IMG/VR virus record: IMGVR_UViG_3300010356_002264
Source of the DNA: a virus
Lineage: Duplodnaviria > Caudoviricetes
Length of the DNA stretch: 64,000 nt
Reading direction: 5' to 3' (one strand)
The translations under genes were made by a program, and so were the position numbers. Below, one piece after another: positions 56,667 through 64,000 of the stretch (its first letter is position 1; every line of letters starts with the position of its first letter). The notes below the pieces were generated by a model, which was not told the DNA's origin, made no database searches, and worked only from the letters and a program-made list of their open reading frames with translations.

Positions 56667-56703
56667 GAAGCCACCTCGATGCGGCCGTGACGCTGGGAGC
56701 TGT
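56667..56703 (-). promoter_or_regulatory. Class I promoter-like element ACAGCTC-N18-CGAG-N8-ATG
   Basis: GAGCTG 56697-56702. Confidence 0.65.
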
Positions 56704-56720
56704 AGCGGGTAGGGTGCCGC

Positions 56721-56948
56721 ATGGCGAACGACATGGTACGACTCGCGATTGACCGTGCTGTCAAGCAGTTCGGAGACAAGGGAGATGGGATCTTCCACGC
56801 GGCGGGTTTTGGGTCTGCGCTTCACGAACTCGCTGGTGTTACGGGGTCGATGGATGGGCTCGTGGTTCGTACCGTTTTGACCGGACGGGACGACGTGGAG
56901 ATCCTGCCGGGCGGGAACCACTACCGGCGGCTCTCAGCTCCGAAGTAG
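56721..56948 (+). CDS. Small hypothetical protein (75 aa)
   Basis: Track ORF; GG-TAGGGT-N5-ATG upstream. Confidence 0.65.
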   Translation: MANDMVRLAIDRAVKQFGDKGDGIFHAAGFGSALHELAGVTGSMDGLVVRTVLTGRDDVEILPGGNHYRRLSAPK

Positions 56949-56970
56949 ACATCTAACCCGACCCACTCCC
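56934..56970 (+). promoter_or_regulatory. Class I promoter-like element TCAGCTC-N18-CGAC-N8-GTG
   Basis: Full consensus; GTG 56971. Confidence 0.75.
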
Positions 56971-57543
56971 GTGCAGACCTACGAGCGGGACAAGAGCGCG
57001 GTCTTCTGCAAGACGCGGGAGCAGTACGGGGGTTACTCCAACATGGCGGCTGGGTTCCCGCTCGTCGTGAACGGGGTGGCGATCCGCACCTCTGAAGCTC
57101 TGTATCAGGCGCTGCGGTTCCCCGCGCACCCGGAGGTCCAGCGAGAGGTCATCGAGAAGAAGTCCCCCATGGCGGCCAAGATGGTCGCCAAGCACCACGC
57201 GGCCCTCACGCGGCCCGACTGGGAGGTCATCCGCGTCCCCGTCATGTGGTTCGCGCTGCGGGTGAAGCTCGCGCAGCACTGGCGGTCCTTCGGCGCGCTG
57301 CTCCAGTCGAGTGGCGGTCTACCCATTGTCGAGTTGTCGCACAAGGACACCTTCTGGGGCGCGGTCGTGCAGCCAGACGGCACGCTAGTTGGAGAGAACG
57401 TCCTGGGTCGCCTGCTCGACAAGCTCCGGGCCGTCTCCATGGACGAGTCGACGTCGCACATCGTGGTTCCGCTGCCCGAGGGGGTGAGGGACCTCCTGCT
57501 ACTCGGAGTACAGATCGAACCCGTCCACGCGTCTGTGGGTTGA
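56971..57543 (+). CDS. NADAR (YbiA-like) family protein
   Basis: YSNM..TSEALYQALRF..RPDWEVIRVPVM..KLAQH..IVE..KDTFWG..GENVLGRLL. Confidence 0.88.
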   Translation: MQTYERDKSAVFCKTREQYGGYSNMAAGFPLVVNGVAIRTSEALYQALRFPAHPEVQREVIEKKSPMAAKMVAKHHAALTRPDWEVIRVPVMWFALRVKLAQHWRSFGALLQSSGGLPIVELSHKDTFWGAVVQPDGTLVGENVLGRLLDKLRAVSMDESTSHIVVPLPEGVRDLLLLGVQIEPVHASVG

Positions 57544-57555
57544 TACTATGAACGC
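57544..57555 (+). promoter_or_regulatory. Class II promoter-like element (TACTAT-N6-ATG)
   Basis: The whole 12-nt intergenic gap is the hexamer plus 6 nt. Confidence 0.6.
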
Positions 57556-60500
57556 ATGAACGCATGGGACATTCGCTGGGACGAGGGCACCTCTGGGGAC
57601 TCGCTCCTCGTGACGACGAGCCTCGCCGCGCGCTTTCTCCGCGGGACGGCCGGCGGCGACGTAGTCGCGCTGCTCGTCAAGGTGGGAACGGCCCCCGAGA
57701 CGGGGAACCCCGTCCTCTGGCGCATGGACCCGAACGGGAAGTTCGTCCTCCCGGACCCGGCGGCCTACCCGGACGGCCTGCCCCTGCTCGACGGGGACAA
57801 CACCGTGGTTGCGCGCCCCGTTCTCGCCTCCGGCGAGGTGGGTGCGCCCATTACAGCGCTCATCCGCAGGGTGTCCACGGTCTCGACGGCTCCGCCGTCG
57901 CCCACGGCCATCCGGGCGGAGCGCCGCAGTCAGTCGGTGGTCATCGAGGTCGAGTGCCCGATGGACCCCGCACTCAAGAGCCTGCGCTACTACGTAGCCT
58001 CGGCCCCTCGGTCGGGGGGAGCTAGCTTCTCTCTCCTGGTCGCCGACGTCGGGTTCGCGGACGAGGCCAGCGACGAGGTTGTGGTCTCTCAGGTCGAGGC
58101 CCAGGTGGGACCCCAGGCGGGCGAGGCCCGCGTGACCGCACTCATCGGAGACGTGGAGCACCTGGTGGGAACGCTCGATCTGGGCGACGACGACACCCCG
58201 GTGCGCGTTCAGGCGCAGGCAGTGCGGAGGCACACGCGTCGGATATCGCGCTACGAGCACGATCGAACGGTCCCCACCGTGGCGGGGCTGCTCGGGTCCC
58301 TCCCGCTCGACGTACCCCTGTGGTACGCGGCCTCCTGCGTGTTCGACGCTGAAGGCATCGAGGTGGAGGGGCCGCTGTCTGAGGCCGTGTCCTCCGCGCC
58401 ATTGACGACCCTGCCGCTTGGGCCCGTCACACTACCGGTCCCCTCCAGGCAGGCGATCGCGGGGAGCCTCGCGCCGGCCATCCTGCGTCGCCAGCCAGGT
58501 ATCGACGTGAAGCCCGGCAGCTTCTGGGACGACGCGTTCGTGGTGCCGGTGTCGGCTGAGATCGAGCGGGTCCGGTTCGTTCTCGACTTCGCCAACCGCG
58601 CGCGCTCGGCGCGGGCCCTCCTACAAGTGGACGACCCCGACCTCACGGGAACGAGCGTGCCCGTCTCTGAGTCGAGCTACAAGCAGTCGCTGCGGGACGC
58701 CCTGTTCCTTCCCGACGACCCGACGGTGCAGCGGGTCATCGACCGAGCCTTCGAGGCCCTCGCCTCCAACCTCGGGATCACCCGCGAGCAGGGTACGCGC
58801 GCGGAGGGCCCCGTCCAGGTGGTGTCCAGCCAGCGGCCGACGACTAGCATCAACATCGGTGCAGGGACGCGCATCGACTTCGGCGGGAGGGCCTACGTCG
58901 TGACTGTGCCCGGGTCGATCCCCGTGGATGGGCTCGCGTCTACCTATGACCCATCGACGGGACGCTACGTGACCGAAGTGCGTGCGGAGGCGGAGGTCGC
59001 GGGCAACGCCTCCAACGTCGCTGCTGGGGAGCGTGGAACCATAGAGGGGCAGCCGGACGCGGTAGCCGCGGTGGCCGCGTCCGACCTCCTCGGAGACCCC
59101 CCCGACTCCAACGCCAAGCTCACCGAGCGGATCGAGCGGGCGCTCGGCGCGGTCGACTCAGGAACCGTCGTGGGGATCGAGGCGGACGCCGCGGGCACGA
59201 GCGGGGTAGAGCAGGTCTTCTGCGTGGACCGCGATCACCCGCTGTACCGCCGCGGCCCCTGTGGGACCGACGTCTGGGTGTACGGGACGACGGCCCCTGT
59301 GCGTCGGACCGAGACGTTCGTGTTCGACGCGGCGGTCCTGCGGGCGGCGCGCGCTGTCCCCGTGGGGGACCCCCGCCGCCTGCGCTTCCGCGTCGAGGGG
59401 GCGAGCGAGGAGCGTCCGCTCCTCTACGTCATCGACAATCGTTCTCGGTCGCTCGGGGCGCGCAACATGACCCGCGGGTACTGGTTCGACTTGACCAACG
59501 TGCAGGTGTCTGGGCCCGACACCTTCGACCTGGACCCGCTGCGTAACGATCCCGGCCTTGTGGGGCAGGCTGACGAGGTGTCGGTGGACGTGCGCCTCCG
59601 CGTCTCCTCGGAGTACGTGACGGACCGGCAGCCGGTGCGGTCGATCTCCTCGCTCACGGGGGAGGAGACGGGCCTGCTCGACCCCTCAACGTACGTGCTG
59701 TCCAAGCGCGCCGACCCGCTGCTCAAGGGGCGCAGCACGGTGGCGGATGACTCTATCGTGCTGCGCCCCCCTCCGCCCGGCCAGCTCGTGTCGGTCGGCA
59801 TCCCGTCGCTGTCCGTGTCCGGCGAGCGGCACGTGGTCCTCGACGGACCCGAGCCACTCGGCCGGCTCGGCGTCGACCCCACGTCGATCGTCGTGCGCGA
59901 CCCCGCGACAGGGGCCTCGTTCCGGGGTCCCCTGGACCCTGTGCCCCCTGGTGCCGGAGACCCGGACTGGGACGTAGAGATCCCGGCGACCTCACGCGAC
60001 CCCCTGGTGCTCAGGTTCGCGCGCGACGGGAAGGTGCGGCCCGGAGACGCGGTGCTGATCGACTACGCGTACGACCAGAACTTCGTCGTCGAGTACATGT
60101 ACGAGGGGATCGTCTCCTCGGTGCAGCAGGTGTTAGGAGCTCAGCGCCACGCGGACTCGAACCCGCTCGCCAAGATCGCGGTCGAGGTGCCCGTCGACCT
60201 CAAGATGACGGTCGTGCTCCGACACGACCCCGCACGGCCCGTGTCGGTGTCCCGATCGAGCGCCGCGATCCTCACGGCACTGTCGCGCTTGTTCGCGCCA
60301 CGTCGCATGGGGGAGGCGATGCGGATCTCGGAGGTAGTCGCTGCGGTCAACGACGTGCCCGACGTGTCCTACGTGGTGCAGCCGCTGGCCCTTCAGGGGA
60401 GGTCGTACGGGTCGCTCGTGCTCGCCGAGGCCGTCGCCGATGTGGGATGGACCCGGATCGACGCCTGGTCTGGGGACACCGTGACGGCCTACCTGTCCCC

Positions 60501-60933
60501 GCTGCTCGCTTGGCCCCCGCAGCCAGGCGGAGGGACGGACCTTGACCCGGTGTCGGTGCGCGTGCGCCTGGTGCCGGTCACCACGGTGACTCAACCTCCC
60601 ACCGCTTCGGGAGAGCCGTTCCGGTCGCTGGCTCCCTCTGCCTACGTGGTGGAGGCTCGCGGCCTCGTGATCCCTGGCGTGTCGGACGACGCGACCCTCG
60701 CGTCGTTGCTTCCACCCGACTCGACTGACCCTACGATCCTGGCGGAGCGGGCCTCCCGCTCCGGCCAGCGAGTCATCGTCTTCCTCCCTCGTGAGGCCCC
60801 TCCTCCGTCAGACGTCGAGGTCACCTACGTGACGGCTGACCCACCTCGCGAACCCTCGGACGTCGAGGTGGGCCTGCTCGAGAAGGTCGTGCTTGGGCAG
60901 GTCGAGATCCTCTTCAACCAGGAGCGCCGATGA
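57556..60933 (+). CDS. Baseplate wedge (baseplate J/gp6-like) protein (1125 aa)
   Basis: IDVKPGS..D, LASNLGITREQGTRAEG, AEAEVAGNASNV, DSNAKL..R, SGT..GI, GEAMRISEVVAAVNDVPDVSYV. Confidence 0.75.
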   Translation: MNAWDIRWDEGTSGDSLLVTTSLAARFLRGTAGGDVVALLVKVGTAPETGNPVLWRMDPNGKFVLPDPAAYPDGLPLLDGDNTVVARPVLASGEVGAPITALIRRVSTVSTAPPSPTAIRAERRSQSVVIEVECPMDPALKSLRYYVASAPRSGGASFSLLVADVGFADEASDEVVVSQVEAQVGPQAGEARVTALIGDVEHLVGTLDLGDDDTPVRVQAQAVRRHTRRISRYEHDRTVPTVAGLLGSLPLDVPLWYAASCVFDAEGIEVEGPLSEAVSSAPLTTLPLGPVTLPVPSRQAIAGSLAPAILRRQPGIDVKPGSFWDDAFVVPVSAEIERVRFVLDFANRARSARALLQVDDPDLTGTSVPVSESSYKQSLRDALFLPDDPTVQRVIDRAFEALASNLGITREQGTRAEGPVQVVSSQRPTTSINIGAGTRIDFGGRAYVVTVPGSIPVDGLASTYDPSTGRYVTEVRAEAEVAGNASNVAAGERGTIEGQPDAVAAVAASDLLGDPPDSNAKLTERIERALGAVDSGTVVGIEADAAGTSGVEQVFCVDRDHPLYRRGPCGTDVWVYGTTAPVRRTETFVFDAAVLRAARAVPVGDPRRLRFRVEGASEERPLLYVIDNRSRSLGARNMTRGYWFDLTNVQVSGPDTFDLDPLRNDPGLVGQADEVSVDVRLRVSSEYVTDRQPVRSISSLTGEETGLLDPSTYVLSKRADPLLKGRSTVADDSIVLRPPPPGQLVSVGIPSLSVSGERHVVLDGPEPLGRLGVDPTSIVVRDPATGASFRGPLDPVPPGAGDPDWDVEIPATSRDPLVLRFARDGKVRPGDAVLIDYAYDQNFVVEYMYEGIVSSVQQVLGAQRHADSNPLAKIAVEVPVDLKMTVVLRHDPARPVSVSRSSAAILTALSRLFAPRRMGEAMRISEVVAAVNDVPDVSYVVQPLALQGRSYGSLVLAEAVADVGWTRIDAWSGDTVTAYLSPLLAWPPQPGGGTDLDPVSVRVRLVPVTTVTQPPTASGEPFRSLAPSAYVVEARGLVIPGVSDDATLASLLPPDSTDPTILAERASRSGQRVIVFLPREAPPPSDVEVTYVTADPPREPSDVEVGLLEKVVLGQVEILFNQERR

Positions 60934-61184
60934 ACAACTCCCGCATCACCATCGACTTCCACGACGGAAACGGCCCCGTCACGTACGCGGGGGACGACTG
61001 GAACATCGTCGAGGAGAGGGACCTACGACCTACCTACGGTACCGACGGGAAGACGGTTCGCAGCCTGGACCCGAACGGGCACTATCGCATGTGTCTCAAG
61101 CTGTGGAGTGGGTGCAAGGACTTCGACTCCTTCGTGAAGGACGAGAAGCCCCTTCCCCCTGAGGGAGAGTCCCATGGCCCGTAG
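60930..61184 (+). CDS. Small hypothetical protein (84 aa)
   Basis: ATGA-coupled. Confidence 0.7.
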   Translation: MNNSRITIDFHDGNGPVTYAGDDWNIVEERDLRPTYGTDGKTVRSLDPNGHYRMCLKLWSGCKDFDSFVKDEKPLPPEGESHGP

Positions 61185-62475
61185 GCTGGACCTACCAGAG
61201 CCGTCCCGGTCGGAGGCGCTCCCTCCGCTGTCCGACCAGCTCCCGGGCCCCCTGGGAGCTCCGGACGCCGCGCGGGCGGACGCGGACGCCCTCCTCACGG
61301 ACGCGGGCAGCGCGGCGGCGGCCGGCTACATGGGGTCGACCTACGTCTCGGAGGTGGGGGGTCCGCTGTACCGCGACCTCCAGGAGGCGGCGGTCGAGGT
61401 GGGGTCGGCCCTCGCCCACGCGGACGCCGAGGAGGTGCTCGCCGACGCCACGTGGGCGTGGACGCGCTCCGACCTCCTCGGGGAAGTCGTACGCAAGTCG
61501 ATCGTCGAGGCCGACATCCCCAACCTGCCGAGCGACCGCGCGGTGCGGCGGCTGGCCCGCACGGTTGCCGTCCTGCTCCTGCGTGGGGCGACGCCTGAGG
61601 CGGTAGGACAAGCCGTCGCCGAGGCGATCGCCGCGGTGTCGCTGTCGAGTTCGTCGGACATCCCGCGGGTGGTCGTGCGTGAGGTGGGAGTCGCCCTCCA
61701 GGAGCTCGGGCCGCGCGCGGCCCAGCTCCTGCCGGGCGCGATCGAGGTGGAGGTCCCGTTCCCGCCCGGAGCCGACTTCGGCGTCGAGGATGCGACGGTG
61801 CGCGCGGTCATCGCGGCGACGAAGCCCGCTGCCGTATCGGCAGACGTGCGGTACGTCGCGCGGGAGCAGGTGTCCCTGCACGACGATGCCGACGCGTTGG
61901 CCGACGAGTGCATGGAGCTGAACCACGACGACGACGCGCGCTGGTACTTCTCGGGCCGCGCCCCACAGTGGGGCGAGGGGATGGTGCTGGCTGGCAACCT
62001 CGTTGCGGACGCGTCGCGAGACTTCCTGTTCGCCCCACCTGGCGCGGTCTTGTACGCCTGGGTGCCAGGGTGGCCACGCGAGGCGCGCAGACGCGTGAAC
62101 CGGGCCGCTTGCCCGCTGGAAGCACTGGGAGACAAGCTGGTCTCCTACGAGACGACACCGACGGGCCTACGGGGGTTCGGGGTGGTGCGTGACGGTCACT
62201 GGCTCGACGACCCGGACCAGGACTTCTCGCGCGTGATCGCAGGAGAGCGCCTGCGTGTGGGCGGGATGGAGTGGCCCCTTGATGCGCTGGGTGGCGCGTA
62301 TGGGGGTCCGTTGGGCCGGGCGCTGGGTCGATGCACGCGTGTCTCTGTCGCGCGCTGCGCGGTCGAGGTGGACATTCCCCTGCCTTCAGGAGTCGCGGTA
62401 CGCTACCTCGTCGAGGCCGACCGGCGCGGACGAGCGAAGACGTACCCCGTCCGCGTCGCGCTGACGACCCTCTAG
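61174..62475 (+). CDS. Baseplate wedge partner (gpI/gp7-like) protein
   Basis: Follows the J-like gene; RGATPEAV and AVIAATKPAAV motifs. Confidence 0.5.
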   Translation: MARRLDLPEPSRSEALPPLSDQLPGPLGAPDAARADADALLTDAGSAAAAGYMGSTYVSEVGGPLYRDLQEAAVEVGSALAHADAEEVLADATWAWTRSDLLGEVVRKSIVEADIPNLPSDRAVRRLARTVAVLLLRGATPEAVGQAVAEAIAAVSLSSSSDIPRVVVREVGVALQELGPRAAQLLPGAIEVEVPFPPGADFGVEDATVRAVIAATKPAAVSADVRYVAREQVSLHDDADALADECMELNHDDDARWYFSGRAPQWGEGMVLAGNLVADASRDFLFAPPGAVLYAWVPGWPREARRRVNRAACPLEALGDKLVSYETTPTGLRGFGVVRDGHWLDDPDQDFSRVIAGERLRVGGMEWPLDALGGAYGGPLGRALGRCTRVSVARCAVEVDIPLPSGVAVRYLVEADRRGRAKTYPVRVALTTL

Positions 62476-63488
62476 GGCTTCCGCGCCCGGCCGAGGTACC
62501 ACTCGCGAGCGCGAGTCTCGACGGCGCGCTGCACCTGCCCCCAGGAGAGGCCGGAGGCCGCTAGCTCCATCGTGGACTCCTTCTGCACGTCGCCCGCCAC
62601 CCAGGTGACGAACTTGCCCGTGAGCTTTGGGTCGTAAGTCCCGGAACAGGCCGTCGTCACCCCCTGGAGGAGGCGGGCTTCGGTGACCATGAGGTCGGTG
62701 AACCCGCCTGCGCTCGCCACGACCTCGGGGTTCGCCTGCACGGGCTGGCGCTGTCGCACCGTGGAGTGCTTCTCCCCCTTGGCCTTCCACATGAGTTGGC
62801 AGTAGCGCTCAGGGTCGCGGGGAACCTCGGTACCGACGGGATAGAAGACGAGCCCTTCCCCCATCCCTGAGATGTTCAGGGTGCGCTTGATGAACGGGTC
62901 CTCGCGCTCGACCTCCAGCACGACGGTGCTCATCGCGCGCGCCGCAGCTTCGACCGACTCGGGGTCGCCGAAGTCGATCACGACCATGGGGTCCTCCCAC
63001 GGAAGGACGACGAGGCCGGGAGCCCACACGGCCGGACCGAGGAGGTTTAGGATTACGTCGGGATCGTAGGCGAGACTCGCGCCTTCTCCGCGCCCCACCT
63101 GGACGGCGAACACGAGGAACATCTTGTCCTCGACCTGGGAGATCGCCATGCCGGGCTCGACGCCCAGTCCAGCCCACTCGCCGAAGATCGTCGTGTCGTC
63201 ACCTTGGACGGCCTGGAAGCGTTCCTCGTTGGTCTTGACCCACTTGGCGAAGCCCTTGTAGTCGTCCTCGGGCGTGAGGATGTTGGTGCGCCCCTGCGCG
63301 AACACGTGCGCAGACCCCTGCGCATCACGGCGTACCTGCACCGCGCAGTTGGTGCCGTGCTGCTTGATCTTGGTGCGATAGCGAAGGGTGGGCTGAGGGT
63401 CCCCGCTTTGCTCGGAGAGCAGGCGAAGGGTCTCGACGACGTAGGGGAGCAAGCCGATGCTGCTCCAAGGAACATGGTGGGTTCTCAT
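62472..63488 (-). CDS. Rnl2-family RNA ligase
   Basis: Nucleotidyltransferase motifs KQHGTN (I), FGEWAG (III), FLVF (IIIa), GEGLVF (IV), KAKG (V). Confidence 0.82.
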   Translation of the reverse strand: MRTHHVPWSSIGLLPYVVETLRLLSEQSGDPQPTLRYRTKIKQHGTNCAVQVRRDAQGSAHVFAQGRTNILTPEDDYKGFAKWVKTNEERFQAVQGDDTTIFGEWAGLGVEPGMAISQVEDKMFLVFAVQVGRGEGASLAYDPDVILNLLGPAVWAPGLVVLPWEDPMVVIDFGDPESVEAAARAMSTVVLEVEREDPFIKRTLNISGMGEGLVFYPVGTEVPRDPERYCQLMWKAKGEKHSTVRQRQPVQANPEVVASAGGFTDLMVTEARLLQGVTTACSGTYDPKLTGKFVTWVAGDVQKESTMELAASGLSWGQVQRAVETRAREWYLGRARKP

Positions 63489-63525
63489 GCGAGGTAGTCC
63501 GCGGGGAGCAGCTTTGCGGAGCTGA
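63489..63525 (-). promoter_or_regulatory. Class I promoter-like element TCAGCTC-N18-GGAC-N8-ATG
   Basis: GAGCTGA 63519-63525 just after TAG 63527. Confidence 0.72.
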
Positions 63526-63526
63526 C

Positions 63527-63985
63527 CTAGCGGAGGATCGCGCTCTGTAGCTCCGTGTAGAGGCAGTACAGCGACGGGACGCAGGGGAGATGGTCTAGCG
63601 CGTCTTCGAGGCTCGTCCAGCGGTGCTCGTAGGGAGCATTCGGCTCTGGGTTCCAGCTCCCAAGATCCACGTGGAGCGCGACGACCCTGACCGGGCTCCG
63701 CCAGGCGAACATGCAGGACCCGATGATCCCTCCGACCTTGGCGTGATGGACTCCAAGCTCCTCTCGTAGCTCGCGACGTAGAGCGCGAGCGAGGACCACG
63801 GAGTCGGTCGGCTGGTCTCCTTCGAGGTCTTGAGCCTCTACCTTGCCACCTGGAAGCTCCCACATCGACGGGCGCAACGTGTCGGGGGACCGCTTGGTCA
63901 TGAAGACCAAACCTTCCCGCACGATGAGCGCGATCGGAACGACGACCTCCTCCGGGGAGGGCTTCACGAACAGGACCCGGTTCAA
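63527..63985 (-). CDS. Nudix (MutT-like) hydrolase; start uncertain
   Basis: WELPGGKVE-(insertion)-ALRRELREELGV. Confidence 0.85.
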   Translation of the reverse strand: MNRVLFVKPSPEEVVVPIALIVREGLVFMTKRSPDTLRPSMWELPGGKVEAQDLEGDQPTDSVVLARALRRELREELGVHHAKVGGIIGSCMFAWRSPVRVVALHVDLGSWNPEPNAPYEHRWTSLEDALDHLPCVPSLYCLYTELQSAILR

Positions 63986-64000
63986 GTCGCGCTGGTAGAA

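Noticed and set aside
46631-62475. Bacterial eCIS/T6SS/tailocin locus instead of a phage
   Set aside because: No host housekeeping genes in 64 kb; structural genes are interleaved with typical large-phage accessory genes and an HNH endonuclease. Capsid and terminase genes are not in the window, so phage identity remains an inference.

Overview
GC-rich (roughly 70% by eye), densely coding segment of a large myovirus-like (jumbo-type) bacteriophage genome. I see no rRNA, tRNA, CRISPR array or transposase. Long tail and baseplate genes include a >2,060-aa ORF at <1..6187 that the ORF track misses, a beta-helix fibre, a baseplate hub with an inserted amidase, a gp5/gpV-like spike, a baseplate J-like protein and tube-initiator-like proteins. 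They are interleaved with short accessory genes: BCS1-like AAA ATPase, HDAC-family deacylase, double-HNH endonuclease, a complete NitT/TauT-type ABC importer with an OmpA-fused binding protein, ATP-grasp, RlmN/Cfr-like radical SAM, ASCH, collagen-like, DGQHR, NADAR, Rnl2 RNA ligase and Nudix. The most striking signal is non-coding: two promoter-like grammars, both apparently producing leaderless mRNAs. Class I, (T)CAGCTC-N18-(CGAC)-N8-start, occurs about 21 times and only before accessory genes or non-coding tracts; at 15 sites a start codon lies exactly 36 nt after the first C. Class II, (GG)TAnnnT-N6-start, precedes most structural transcription units. The class I grammar also points to a 10-aa leader ORF, a candidate ~200-nt ncRNA and a four-hairpin leader. 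All functions are from motif recognition only; no searches were run.
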